A stretch of DNA of 64,000 nucleotides, from the NCBI GenBank assembly GCA_963798845.1, contig CAWCUS010000005.1:32001-96000 (forward strand). The letters run 5' to 3'. A program made the position numbers and the translations under genes. Below the pieces are notes generated by a model, which was given only the letters and a program-made list of their open reading frames with translations, did no database searches and was not told the DNA's origin. Below are positions 1 to 9,693 of the stretch, piece after piece. The stretch comes from an uncultured Gemmatimonadales bacterium. Its GTDB lineage: Bacteria > Gemmatimonadota > Gemmatimonadetes > Longimicrobiales > RSA9. Within the stretch, counting starts at the first letter, position 1, and each line of letters begins with the position of its first letter.

Positions 1-1382
1 TGCGCAGCTGCCGCTACGACCTCCCGGTGGAGACGCCACAGCGGCCCTGCCTGGACTACCACATTGGCCGCTGCCAGGCGCCGTGCGTCGGCCTCCAGTC
101 GCAGGAGGACTACCGCGCCATGATCAACGAGATCCTCCAGGTCCTGGGCGGCGATGTGTCGGGGGTGCGGGCGCGGGTGCGGTCGGAGCTCGGCCGGCGG
201 GTGGAGGCGCTGGACTTCGAGCGCGCGGCAACGCTGCGCGACACGCTCACGGGGCTGGAGTCGATCGAGCGGCGGCAGCGAGCGTTCGACGTGCGGGGGG
301 GCGACCAGGACGTGCTCGGGGTGGCCCGTGATGGGGACAACGCGAGCGCGGTGCTTCTGCGCATCCGGCAGGGAAAGCTGCTGGGGCGGGAGGTGGACCA
401 TTTCACGAACGTGGACGAGGAGGATGACGCGGCGCTGGTGGCGGCCGTAGCCATCCGCTTCTACCTGGGGCGAGGCGAGGTGGGCAGGGAGGATCTGCCG
501 TCGGAAGTGCTGCTCCCGGCGGATTTCGCGGACCGCGAAGCGCTCGAGGAGCTGGTGGACGAGGCGGCGCCACGGCGCGTGCGGCTGCACGTGCCGCAGC
601 GCGGGGAGAAGAAGCGGCTGGTGGAGCTGGCCGCGCAGAACGCGCGGCACCTGCTGGAGGAGCGCGTGGTGCTGGACGAGGCGGTGCGGGTCCGGGCGGA
701 TGACGCCCTGTACGAGCTCCAGGAGGCGCTCGAGCTGAAGGTGGTACCGCGCCTCATGGTCTGCTTCGACATCTCGCACACCCAGGGAAGCGAGGTGGTG
801 GGGAGCGCGGTGGTGTTCGAAAACGGTGACCCCAAGAAGAGCGAATACCGGCACTTCCGGGTGCGCGGCGACTGGGGTAACGACGATTTCCGCTCCATGC
901 GTGAAGTGGTGAGCCGCTATTTCGCGCGGCGCCTCGAGGAGGAGCTGCCTCTGCCGGAGCTGGCCGTGATCGACGGCGGCAAGGGGCAGCTCTCGTCCGC
1001 GCGCTCGGCGCTGGCGGACGTGGGCGGCGACGACGTCGCCGTGTGCGCGCTGGCGAAGCGGGAGGAGGAGGTCTACCTGCCGGACCGCCGCGACCCCGTG
1101 CACCTGCCGCGCTCGCATCCCGGGCTGCGGCTGCTCCAGCGTATTCGGAACGAAGCGCACCGGTTCGCCATCGGATACAACCGCACGCTGCGCGGGAAGC
1201 GCACGCTCTCCAGCGAGCTGGCGGATATCCCGGGGATCGGACCGAAGCGCCAGCGGCTGCTCCTGAGCCGGTTCGGCAGCGTGCGCGCGCTCAGGCAGGC
1301 GTCGCCGGAGGACGTCGCGGCCGTGCCGGGCTTCTCCGAGAAGGCCGCGCGCCGAATCCTCGAGCACCTGGGCGGCTCGTGA
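1..1382 (+). CDS. uvrC: Excinuclease ABC subunit C (5' part lies outside the window)
   Basis: RPCLDYHIGRCQAPC, UVR motif (LDFERAATLRD), RNase H-like CFDISH...DDF...IDGGKGQ, RNEAHRFA, and C-terminal HhH (IPGIGPKR). Confidence 0.96.
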   Translation, partial: RSCRYDLPVETPQRPCLDYHIGRCQAPCVGLQSQEDYRAMINEILQVLGGDVSGVRARVRSELGRRVEALDFERAATLRDTLTGLESIERRQRAFDVRGGDQDVLGVARDGDNASAVLLRIRQGKLLGREVDHFTNVDEEDDAALVAAVAIRFYLGRGEVGREDLPSEVLLPADFADREALEELVDEAAPRRVRLHVPQRGEKKRLVELAAQNARHLLEERVVLDEAVRVRADDALYELQEALELKVVPRLMVCFDISHTQGSEVVGSAVVFENGDPKKSEYRHFRVRGDWGNDDFRSMREVVSRYFARRLEEELPLPELAVIDGGKGQLSSARSALADVGGDDVAVCALAKREEEVYLPDRRDPVHLPRSHPGLRLLQRIRNEAHRFAIGYNRTLRGKRTLSSELADIPGIGPKRQRLLLSRFGSVRALRQASPEDVAAVPGFSEKAARRILEHLGGS

Positions 1383-2827
1383 GCCGCGTGCGCACCCGCT
1401 TCGCCCCGAGCCCTACGGGAAGCCTGCACGTCGGCAACGCGCGCCTGGCCATCCTGAACTGGGCCGTCGCGCGCCACCACGGCGGGGAGTTCGTGCTCCG
1501 GATCGAGGACACGGACCTGGCCCGCAACCTGGCCGGGGCGGAAGCGGAGCTGATGGAGGACCTCCGGTGGCTCGGCCTCGAGTGGGACGAGGGTCCGGAC
1601 GCCGGCGCGGGCGACGTGGGGCCCCACTCGCCATATCGGCAGAGCCAGCGACTCGACCGCTACGACGCCGCCGCCCGGTCGCTCCTGGAGCGTGGAAGCG
1701 CCTATCGCTGCTTCTGCACCGCTGAAACGCTGGAGGCGGAGCGCGAGCGGGCACGGGCGGAAGGGCGCAGCTTCCGTTATCCGGGCACCTGCCGTTCCCT
1801 CGACCCGGACGACGCCGCCCGACGGGCCCGGGCCGGGCAGCCCCACGTCCTGCGCCTCGCCACCCCCGGGGACGGGGCCGTGGTGGTGGCGGACGCCATC
1901 CACGGCGAGGTCCGCTTCGACGCGGCGGAGATCGGCGATTTCGTCCTGGTCCGCCCGGACGGGATTCCCACCTACAACTTCGCGGTGGTGGTGGACGACG
2001 TGGACATGGAGATCACGCACGTGATCCGGGGCGCCGGACACCTGAGCAACACGCCCCACCAGATCCTGGTCTACCGTGCGCTGGGCGCGCCGCTCCCGGT
2101 GTTCGCCCACGCGCCCACCGTCCTCGGCCCGGATCGCAAGAAGCTGTCGAAGCGCTCGGGCGCGCGCCCGCTCCGCGCGCTGCGCGAGGACGGGTTCCAT
2201 CCAGACGCGGTGGTGAACTACCTGTCGCTCCTGGGCTGGTCGAGCCCGTCCGGTGAGGAGGTGCTGGAGCCGGAGCGGATCGTCCGGGAGATCACGCTGG
2301 ACCGCGTCGGCGCCGCGGACGTCGTGTTCGACCCCGACAAGCTGGCCTGGCTTTCCGCCCGCCACATCGACCGCATGCCGCTCGAGGACCTGGCCAGGGC
2401 CACCCGTCCGTACCTCGTTGGGACCCGATTCGCCTCGCTGCTCGACGCCCGCTTCCCGGACGTCCTCGCGGCCGTGAGGAGCCACCTCTCCACGTTCCAT
2501 GACGTGGTCCGGCACCTCGACCCGTTCCTCGGCCGTGACCCGGAGGAGCCCGCTCCGCTGGACGCCGACGGGCGCCGCCTGGCCGCGGCGCTGCGGCACC
2601 GGCTCGAGACGCTGGAGCCGTGGGGCGACGACGCCATCGACGCTGCCATGCGCCTGGTGGGAAAGGAGGTCGGGGCTCGTGGGCGGTCCCTCTTCATGCC
2701 CGTCCGTCTCGCCCTCACCGGGGCCGAGCACGGTCCACCACTCCCCACGGTCATCCGGCTCCAGGGCAGGGAGCGGGCGCTCCGGCTCCTGGCGGACGCC
2801 GCTGCAGAACGGACCGGGGGCGTTTGA
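1379..2827 (+). CDS. gltX: Glutamate--tRNA ligase
   Basis: GTG start overlaps the uvrC stop; VRTRFAPSPTGSLHVGN (HIGH), LRIEDTD, KKLSKR (KMSKS), and anticodon-binding domain (LFMPVRLALTG). Confidence 0.95.
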   Translation: MSRVRTRFAPSPTGSLHVGNARLAILNWAVARHHGGEFVLRIEDTDLARNLAGAEAELMEDLRWLGLEWDEGPDAGAGDVGPHSPYRQSQRLDRYDAAARSLLERGSAYRCFCTAETLEAERERARAEGRSFRYPGTCRSLDPDDAARRARAGQPHVLRLATPGDGAVVVADAIHGEVRFDAAEIGDFVLVRPDGIPTYNFAVVVDDVDMEITHVIRGAGHLSNTPHQILVYRALGAPLPVFAHAPTVLGPDRKKLSKRSGARPLRALREDGFHPDAVVNYLSLLGWSSPSGEEVLEPERIVREITLDRVGAADVVFDPDKLAWLSARHIDRMPLEDLARATRPYLVGTRFASLLDARFPDVLAAVRSHLSTFHDVVRHLDPFLGRDPEEPAPLDADGRRLAAALRHRLETLEPWGDDAIDAAMRLVGKEVGARGRSLFMPVRLALTGAEHGPPLPTVIRLQGRERALRLLADAAAERTGGV

Positions 2828-2884
2828 CCCGTGGGCAAGGAGCCCCGTACATTTGGCGCTTATGCCGACTCCGGATCGGGTGCC

Positions 2885-4027
2885 ATGCGCGCGCTGATCT
2901 TCGACCCGTTCGCGGGAATCAGCGGGGACATGGTGTTGGGCGCGCTGGCGGACCTCGGGCTTCCGGTGGAGTCGCTGCAGGGCGTGATCGAGGCCCTCGG
3001 CCTGCCGGGGAGAGCGGTGGTAGAACGGGTGGACCGGTGCGGGCTCGCGTGCGCGCGCGTGCGTTTCGAGCTGCCCGAGGAGGACTCGGCGCGCCACCTC
3101 GGCGACATTCTCGAGATGGTCGAGCGCAGCGAGCTGGCCCCGTGCGTGAAAGAGAAAGCCGCCGCCGTATTCCGGCGGCTCGCAGAGGCGGAGGCGGCGG
3201 TCCACGGGGTGGACCTCGAGCGCGTTCACTTCCACGAAGTCGGGGCGCTGGACTCGATCCTCGACGTCGTGTGCGCAGCGGCCGGACTGCACGAGCTCGG
3301 CGTCGAGCGCGTGTTCGTCCGTCCGGTCGCCGTCGGCTCGGGGATGCTGGAGATGGCGCACGGCACGTATCCGCTCCCGGCGCCGGCGACGGCACGGCTG
3401 CTCGAAGGACTCTCGGTGCGCGAGACGGGGTGGCCGGAAGAGTGCACGACGCCCACGGGCGCCGCCCTCATGGCCGCGCTGGCCGAGGGACCACCCCCGG
3501 CGGAGATGGTGTACGGGCGCTCCGGGTTCGGCGCGGGCGAGCGCGATCCCGCGGGACGACCGAACTGCCTGAGGGTGATCGAGAGCACGGTGCCGGAACG
3601 GGCGCCCGCGGTGCACCTGGTCCAGGCGGACCTGGATGACCTGTCCGCGGAGTACGTGGCCGGGGCGAGGGAGCCGCTCATGTCAGCGGGCGCGCTCGAC
3701 GTCGTGCTCGTTGCGGTCGTCATGAAGAAGGGGCGCCCGGGCGTTCGGCTGGAGGCGCTCGTTCCCGAGCCGGCGCTGGGCGCCGTGATCGAAGCGGTGT
3801 TCCGGGAGACGCGGACCATCGGCGTGCGCCACTGGCCGGTGGAACGGGCCGTGCTGGCTCGGCAGGAGGAGGTGGTGGAGTGGCGGGGGCAGCGGGTCCG
3901 TCGCAAGCGGGTCCGGCTTCCCGATGGCACAACCCGCGCGAAGCCGGACTACGACGACGTGGTGGCGGCGGCGCGGGCGCTTGGGCTGGCGCCACACGAG
4001 GTGCGTGAGAGACTGGACGATGTATAG
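2885..4027 (+). CDS. larC: Nickel pincer cofactor biosynthesis protein LarC family
   Basis: FDPFAGISGDMVLGAL, VHFHEVGALDS, PAPAT, TPTGAA, MKKGRPG, KPDYDD motifs. Confidence 0.92.
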   Translation: MRALIFDPFAGISGDMVLGALADLGLPVESLQGVIEALGLPGRAVVERVDRCGLACARVRFELPEEDSARHLGDILEMVERSELAPCVKEKAAAVFRRLAEAEAAVHGVDLERVHFHEVGALDSILDVVCAAAGLHELGVERVFVRPVAVGSGMLEMAHGTYPLPAPATARLLEGLSVRETGWPEECTTPTGAALMAALAEGPPPAEMVYGRSGFGAGERDPAGRPNCLRVIESTVPERAPAVHLVQADLDDLSAEYVAGAREPLMSAGALDVVLVAVVMKKGRPGVRLEALVPEPALGAVIEAVFRETRTIGVRHWPVERAVLARQEEVVEWRGQRVRRKRVRLPDGTTRAKPDYDDVVAAARALGLAPHEVRERLDDV

Positions 4028-4081
4028 GCAGAAACCGATCCGGCAGGAGAGAACAAGCTCATGATCAAGGGAGGAATCCGG

Positions 4082-5575
4082 ATGAACCGGCGCAGCGGGC
4101 TCATCCTGGCACTCGCCGTCACGTTCCTGGGTGGCTGTGCGACCGGCACGGGGGGCGCGGCAACGAGCGGCGAGGACGGGGGCAACCGGCCGCGTGACAA
4201 CGAGAATACGCGCGCAGCGAGCGTGCACCTCGTGCAGGCGGCCACGGCGGAGGGAGAGCAGGCGAAGACGCACTTCCAGGAGGCGCTGGACGAGGCGCTC
4301 CAGGCGATCAGCGCCGATTCAACGAATCCGAAAGCGTATCTCCTGGCCGGGCAGGCGGCCGTGGGTGTGGAGCACTGGGCGCAGGCGGACAGCATGTTCT
4401 CGCGGGCGCTGGAGCTGCATCCCGCGTACGCGGACCAGATCGCGTCCGAGCGGGAGCAGGGCTGGGTGAACGCGTACAACCAGGGCGCGGCGGCGCTGAA
4501 CGCGGGTGACACGCAGAAGGCGCTGTCGTATTTCCAGGGCGCGGACCTGATGTACGCGGAGCGGCCGGAGGCCAGGGTCGCGATCGGGTCGATTTACGCG
4601 CGCACCGGCGAGCCGCAGAAGGCGCTGGAGGCATACAGCGGCGCGCTGGAGATCCTGAACGGGCCGATCCCGGAAGGGATGGGAGAGGAACAGGCGGCGA
4701 ACTGGCGCGAGGACCGCAAGGGCGTGGCCCTGAGCGCGGCGCAGCTGGCGGCCCAGACGGGCGATTACGAGCAGGCGGCGGACATCCTGGGCAAGATGCT
4801 GACCGAGGCGGACTCCCTGGACGAGAGCACGAAGCTGAGCGCACTGACGGCCCGGGCCGGGTACCTGGCGCAGGCGGGTCAGCCGGACTCGGCCGAAGCG
4901 ATCTACGACCAGGTCCTCGAACGCTCGGACCTGAGCAGCCAGGACTATTTCCAGATCGGGATCGGCTTCTTCAACACGGGAGACTACGACCGCGCGGCCG
5001 ACGCGTTCGACAAGGCTGCCGAGCTGAACCCGTACTCCCGGGATGCGCTGCTGAACCTGGTGCAATCGCTCTACTCGCAGGCGATGGACCTGGAGAAGGC
5101 GGAAGCGTCGCCGGATCGGAACCAGCAGCTGAACGCGATCTACGACCGCATCCTCGCGGCCGCGCAGCAGGTCCGCGACTTCGATCCACTGAACCGGAAC
5201 CTGCTGAGCTTCATGCTGCGGGCGTATCGGGGAAAGGCGGAGCTGGCCAGTGGCGCCGAGGCGAAGCAGCTGACGCAGAAGACGCAGGAGCTCTACCGGA
5301 CCTACCAGGGGCAGAAGTACGAGATCACGAACATCGCGCTCGCGCTCCAGGCCAACAACCAGGCCACGGTGACGGGGGACTTCGCCAACCTGTCCGGCGA
5401 CCCGGGGCAGCAGGTGCAGATCCAGTTCCAGGTTCTGAGCCGCGACGGCCAGGTCCTCGACACCAGCACCGCGACGGTCACCGTGCCGGAGCAGAACGAG
5501 TCTGTGGGCTTCAAGACGAGTGTGGACCTTCCGAGCGGCGAGTTCGGGGGGTGGAAGTACCAGGTGACCGGCTGA
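4082..5575 (+). CDS. TPR-repeat lipoprotein with C-terminal beta-rich (Ig/FxLYD-like) domain
   Basis: GGAGG RBS before ATG; lipobox LGGC; several TPR-like helical repeats; beta-rich C-terminus. Confidence 0.8.
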   Translation: MNRRSGLILALAVTFLGGCATGTGGAATSGEDGGNRPRDNENTRAASVHLVQAATAEGEQAKTHFQEALDEALQAISADSTNPKAYLLAGQAAVGVEHWAQADSMFSRALELHPAYADQIASEREQGWVNAYNQGAAALNAGDTQKALSYFQGADLMYAERPEARVAIGSIYARTGEPQKALEAYSGALEILNGPIPEGMGEEQAANWREDRKGVALSAAQLAAQTGDYEQAADILGKMLTEADSLDESTKLSALTARAGYLAQAGQPDSAEAIYDQVLERSDLSSQDYFQIGIGFFNTGDYDRAADAFDKAAELNPYSRDALLNLVQSLYSQAMDLEKAEASPDRNQQLNAIYDRILAAAQQVRDFDPLNRNLLSFMLRAYRGKAELASGAEAKQLTQKTQELYRTYQGQKYEITNIALALQANNQATVTGDFANLSGDPGQQVQIQFQVLSRDGQVLDTSTATVTVPEQNESVGFKTSVDLPSGEFGGWKYQVTG

Positions 5576-5596
5576 TCACGGCGGCCATCCGATTTC

Positions 5597-5634
5597 GAGG
5601 AGGCGCCGGGCGCGAGTGGGTCCGGCGCCTCCTC
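5597..5634 (+). terminator. Putative terminator hairpin
   Basis: 13-bp perfect stem GAGGAGGCGCCGG...CCGGCGCCTCCTC, 21 nt after the stop codon; poor U-tract. Confidence 0.6.
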
Positions 5635-5728
5635 TGCATCCGACGTCGGGACCGACGGGTCGGCGTACGCTTCTTGCACCGACCGCTCCCGATCTGAACG
5701 CGTTTTCGGAACCGGAGCGACGCGAGCC

Positions 5729-6337
5729 ATGAACGAATGCCCGGAGTGCGGGGCGCTTGTGCACGAGAGCCACGCCATCTGCCCCGCGTGCGGCCACGAC
5801 CTGCGAGAGGAGACGCGACGCTGCGCGCACTGTGGCGAGACCATTGCCGCCGGCGCGAAGGTATGCCCCGTGTGCGGTCACCTCTCGTCACCCGCCCGCT
5901 GCGCCCGTCATCCGGACCGGCAAGCGCCCGGGCAGTGCGCCCTGTGCGGAACCCCCGTGTGCGAGGAGTGCGATGCCGGAACCCGGCAGTACCACCGCTG
6001 CCCCGACCACGCAAACGTCGCGATCATAGAGGGGTGGGCGCAGGTCCACGCGATCCCCGACGAGGTGGAGGCCGGGCTGATCGAGGACAACCTCCGGGCG
6101 GAGGGGATCGACTCGCGGATCCTGTCGCAGAAGGACCACTCGGCATTCCCGGTTGAGTTCGGCGACCTCGCCCGTGTGCGAATCCTGGTGCCCACGTATG
6201 CGTTCGCGGAGGCGGAGCGGATCATCGCCGCGCACACCGACACCGCGGGGGAGGTCACCTTCGGCTGCCCCAACTGCGGCGAGCCCTACGACGAGGGGCA
6301 GACGGTGTGCGAAGCGTGCGGCGAGGCGCTCGTCTGA
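5729..6337 (+). CDS. Multi-zinc-finger protein (double zinc ribbon + B-box-like + DUF2007-like + zinc ribbon)
   Basis: Four CxxC pairs, then CARH...CALC...CEEC...CPDH, then EAGLIEDNLRAEGI...VRILVP, then CPNC...CEAC. Confidence 0.8.
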   Translation: MNECPECGALVHESHAICPACGHDLREETRRCAHCGETIAAGAKVCPVCGHLSSPARCARHPDRQAPGQCALCGTPVCEECDAGTRQYHRCPDHANVAIIEGWAQVHAIPDEVEAGLIEDNLRAEGIDSRILSQKDHSAFPVEFGDLARVRILVPTYAFAEAERIIAAHTDTAGEVTFGCPNCGEPYDEGQTVCEACGEALV

Positions 6338-6488
6338 ACACCGCGGAGGGGCAGGGGTACTGATCGCCGCCGACCACACGAAGCGGCCGGTTGAGAGCGC
6401 TCCGGTCGACGCCTATCTTGGGTCCAGCACGGCGCGCGAAGGAGCACGGGGGCGGTCCGCGGGCCGCCCTTCGTCGTGAAAGGTAGCC

Positions 6489-7772
6489 ATGATCCGGATC
6501 GCCGAAATCCTGCCCGACAGCATCGCCGACGAGCTCCGGCTCCGCATCGGCAGCCGCGTCGTGCGGATCAACGGCGAGGCGGTCCGTGACACGATCGACT
6601 TCCGCTTCATGGAGGCGGAGGTGCGTCTGGAGCTGGAGGTCCACGAGCCCGGGAGCGGCGTGGACGACGTCGTCGTCTACGACATCGAGAAGGACGCAGC
6701 GGAAGGGCTGGGCATCGTCCCGGCGCCCGACACGGTGCGCGAGTGCGCCAACAAGTGCGTTTTCTGCTTCATCGACGGGAACCCGCCGGCGGCGAGGCGG
6801 GCGCTATACTTGAAAGACGACGACTTCCGCCTGTCCTTCACCTACGGCAGCTACGTGACGCTCACCAACCTCGGGCCGCGCGGGTTCGAGCGTCTCGTGG
6901 AGCAGCGCCTTTCACCGCTCTACGTTTCGGTCCACGCGACGGAGCCCGAGATCCGGATGCGCCTCCTGGGCGTGCCGCGAGGCGGCGACATCGTGGACCG
7001 GCTGCAGCAGCTCACGGACGCGGGTATCGAAGTTCACACCCAGGTCGTGCTCTGCCCGGGGTGGAACGATGGCGCCCACCTGGACCGGACCATCGACGAC
7101 CTGTGGGCCCTCGGAGCGCGCGTCCTGTCGCTGTCCGTTGTGCCGGTGGGGCTGACGCGGTATAACCTGGAGCGCCCCGTCCGGCTCCTCACGCGCGGCG
7201 AGGCGGCGGATGCGATCGCCCAGGTCGAGCGCGGCCGGGAGCGGGCGCTGCGAGCGCGCGGCACCGGGTGGGCGTACGCGGCCGACGAGATGTTCCTGCT
7301 GGCCGGTCGGGAGGTTCCGGGCGACCGCTACTATGACGACTGGCCGCTCACGGAGAACGGGGTGGGTGCCGTGCGGGCGTTCCTCGACGACGTGGCGCAG
7401 CTGCTGCGCTCACCGCCGCGACTGACGGGCCGGAACATCGCCGTGGTGACCGGCGCGAGGATGGCCGAGGTCATGACGCCCCTCGTCGCCCGGGTGGCCA
7501 ACGCCACGGGCGCCCGGCTCACGCTCGTCCCCGTGGAGAACCACCACTTCGGGCGGACCGTCACGACGGCCGGGCTCCTGGCCGGTGCGGACATCCTCGC
7601 CAGCATGCGTGCGGCGCCGGACGTCGGGGCCGACACCGTCCTCATCCCGGCGGAAGCGTTGAACGACGATCGGCTCTTCATCGACAGCATGCCCCTGGCC
7701 GGGCTGAGCGCCGCGCTCTCCGGCGACGTGGTCCCGGCCTACCTCCTGGGCAGCGCGCTGAGGGACCTGTGA
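6489..7772 (+). CDS. PDZ + radical-SAM-like DUF512 family Fe-S protein
   Basis: N-terminal PDZ-like segment, CANKCVFC (CxxxCxxC), LYLKDDDFRLSF, YVTLTN, ENGVG; directly upstream of der. Confidence 0.9.
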   Translation: MIRIAEILPDSIADELRLRIGSRVVRINGEAVRDTIDFRFMEAEVRLELEVHEPGSGVDDVVVYDIEKDAAEGLGIVPAPDTVRECANKCVFCFIDGNPPAARRALYLKDDDFRLSFTYGSYVTLTNLGPRGFERLVEQRLSPLYVSVHATEPEIRMRLLGVPRGGDIVDRLQQLTDAGIEVHTQVVLCPGWNDGAHLDRTIDDLWALGARVLSLSVVPVGLTRYNLERPVRLLTRGEAADAIAQVERGRERALRARGTGWAYAADEMFLLAGREVPGDRYYDDWPLTENGVGAVRAFLDDVAQLLRSPPRLTGRNIAVVTGARMAEVMTPLVARVANATGARLTLVPVENHHFGRTVTTAGLLAGADILASMRAAPDVGADTVLIPAEALNDDRLFIDSMPLAGLSAALSGDVVPAYLLGSALRDL

Positions 7773-9094
7773 GTCGCGCCCTCCCATCCGTCGCCGTGGT
7801 CGGCCGTCCCAACGTGGGCAAGTCCACGCTGTTCAACCGCGTCGTGGGGCGGCGTCAGGCCATCGTGGACGATACCCCCGGCGTGACGCGGGATCGGAAC
7901 TTCGCACGCGCGGAATGGGTTGGCCGGGAGTTCTACATCGTGGACACCGGCGGGCTGGAAGTCGACGTGGACGAGCCGCTGGCGATCGCGATCCGGCGCC
8001 AGGTGGAGGCCGCGCTCGAGGAGGCCCAGGTGATCGCGTTCGTCGTGGACGCCAAGGCGGGCGTGCAGCCGCTGGACCGGAAGATCGCCGACCTGCTCCG
8101 GCGCACGGAGGTCCCCGTGGTCCTGGTGGTGAACAAGGCCGACTCGCTCCCCGAGGACCTGTCGCACCTGGAGTTCTGGGAGCTGGGGATCGGCGAGCCG
8201 CATCCGGTGAGCGCGCTTTCGGGGAAGGGGTCCGGCGACGTACTGGACGTGCTGGTCGGGCACTTCCCCGAGGGAGAGCAGACCCCCGAAGACGTCCTCT
8301 CGGTCGCGGTCATCGGCAAGCCGAACGTGGGGAAGTCGAGCTTCATCAACCGGCTCCTCGGCGAGGAGCGGCTGGTGGTGAGCGAGGTCGCCGGTACCAC
8401 CCGCGACAGCATCGACACGCCCATGCGGTATCACGGCCGAACGCTGATGTTCGTGGACACCGCCGGGCTCCGCCGCCAGGCCAGGATCCACGAAAGCCTG
8501 GAGTACTACAGCGCGCTCCGTACCGAGCAGGCGGTCGAGCGTGCCGACATCTGCCTCCTCCTCCTGGACGGAACCGAGCCGGCTCACGTCCAGGACCTCA
8601 AGATCGCGGAGAAGGCCTGGGAAGCCGGCTGCGGACTGGTGCTCGTCGTCAACAAATGGGACCTGGTGGAGAAGGACACCCGCACCGCTGCCGCGTTCGA
8701 GAAACAGCTGCAGGAGCGTGCACCGTCCCTGCGGTGGGTGCCCATGGTGTTCACCTCCGCGCTCACCGGCCAGAGAGTGCAGCGCACCCTCGATCTCATC
8801 CTGCAGGTCGCCGACGAGCGGGCCCGCCGGGTCTCCACCTCGGAAGTCAACGACGCCGTGCGCGAACTGGCGGCCCGGCAGCCGCCGGGTCATTTTCGAG
8901 GCCAGGCCATCAAGCTGCTCTACGCCACCCAGGGCGGCGTGAATCCGCCGACGTTCGTGGTCTTCGTGAACAACCGCAACGGCGTGACGGACAATTACCA
9001 GCGGTACCTGTACAACGGCTTCCGGAATCGGTGGGGGTTCCTGGGCTCACCGCTGCGCATCAAGCTGCGCAGCCGCCGTGAGGCGGAACGGTGA
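7769..9094 (+). CDS. der: Ribosome biogenesis GTPase Der (EngA)
   Basis: Two G domains (GRPNVGKS/DTGG/NKAD and GKPNVGKS/DTAG/NKWD) plus KH-like C-terminus. Confidence 0.97.
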   Translation: MSRALPSVAVVGRPNVGKSTLFNRVVGRRQAIVDDTPGVTRDRNFARAEWVGREFYIVDTGGLEVDVDEPLAIAIRRQVEAALEEAQVIAFVVDAKAGVQPLDRKIADLLRRTEVPVVLVVNKADSLPEDLSHLEFWELGIGEPHPVSALSGKGSGDVLDVLVGHFPEGEQTPEDVLSVAVIGKPNVGKSSFINRLLGEERLVVSEVAGTTRDSIDTPMRYHGRTLMFVDTAGLRRQARIHESLEYYSALRTEQAVERADICLLLLDGTEPAHVQDLKIAEKAWEAGCGLVLVVNKWDLVEKDTRTAAAFEKQLQERAPSLRWVPMVFTSALTGQRVQRTLDLILQVADERARRVSTSEVNDAVRELAARQPPGHFRGQAIKLLYATQGGVNPPTFVVFVNNRNGVTDNYQRYLYNGFRNRWGFLGSPLRIKLRSRREAER

Positions 9095-9693
9095 CCTGGC
9101 TGCTGCTCGTTGCGTCCTACCTGCTCGGGGCGACGCCCACCAGCTATGTGGTGGGGCGCCTGGGCTATGGTGTGGATCTACGTGAAGTTGGAAGCGGTAA
9201 CCTGGGAGCTACCAACACTTTCCGCGTCCTTGGATGGAAGGCTGCGCTCCCCGTGATGGTCATGGACGTGGGCAAGGGCTGGGTGCCCACTGCGCTGTTC
9301 CACCGCTGGGACGCGGCGGCGCCGGAATGGGCGCTAGCGTACGGGGCGGCGGCGATCGTGGGGCACGTGTACTCGCTGTACGTCGGGTTCAGGGGCGGCA
9401 AGGGTGTGGCGACGAGCGCCGGGGTGTTCCTGGCGCTGGCGCCCTGGGCGGTGCTGATCGGGTTCGTGGTCTGGGTGATCACGGTGGCGCTGACGCGCAT
9501 CGTCTCGCTGGGCTCGCTCCTGGCGGCCGTGGTGCTGCCGATCGCCGTGTACGTCACGAACGAGCCCATGGTGGTGCGGTGGCTGTCTGTGGCGCTGTCG
9601 GCATTCGTGATCTACGCTCACCGGGCCAACATCCGGCGACTGCTGAGCGGGCAGGAGAACCGGTTCGGACGGAGCACAGAGGAAGCGTCATGA
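9091..9693 (+). CDS. plsY: Glycerol-3-phosphate acyltransferase PlsY
   Basis: GSGNLGATN, FRGGKGVAT, HRANIRRL motifs; membrane protein. Confidence 0.96.
   Translation: MTWLLLVASYLLGATPTSYVVGRLGYGVDLREVGSGNLGATNTFRVLGWKAALPVMVMDVGKGWVPTALFHRWDAAAPEWALAYGAAAIVGHVYSLYVGFRGGKGVATSAGVFLALAPWAVLIGFVVWVITVALTRIVSLGSLLAAVVLPIAVYVTNEPMVVRWLSVALSAFVIYAHRANIRRLLSGQENRFGRSTEEAS

Noticed and set aside
1073..3616. Long antisense and alternate-frame ORFs (for example 1073-3616, 28955-32248, 46532-49015)
   Set aside because: These are shadow ORFs expected at high GC; they are Arg/Pro/Gly-rich and overlap well-supported genes.
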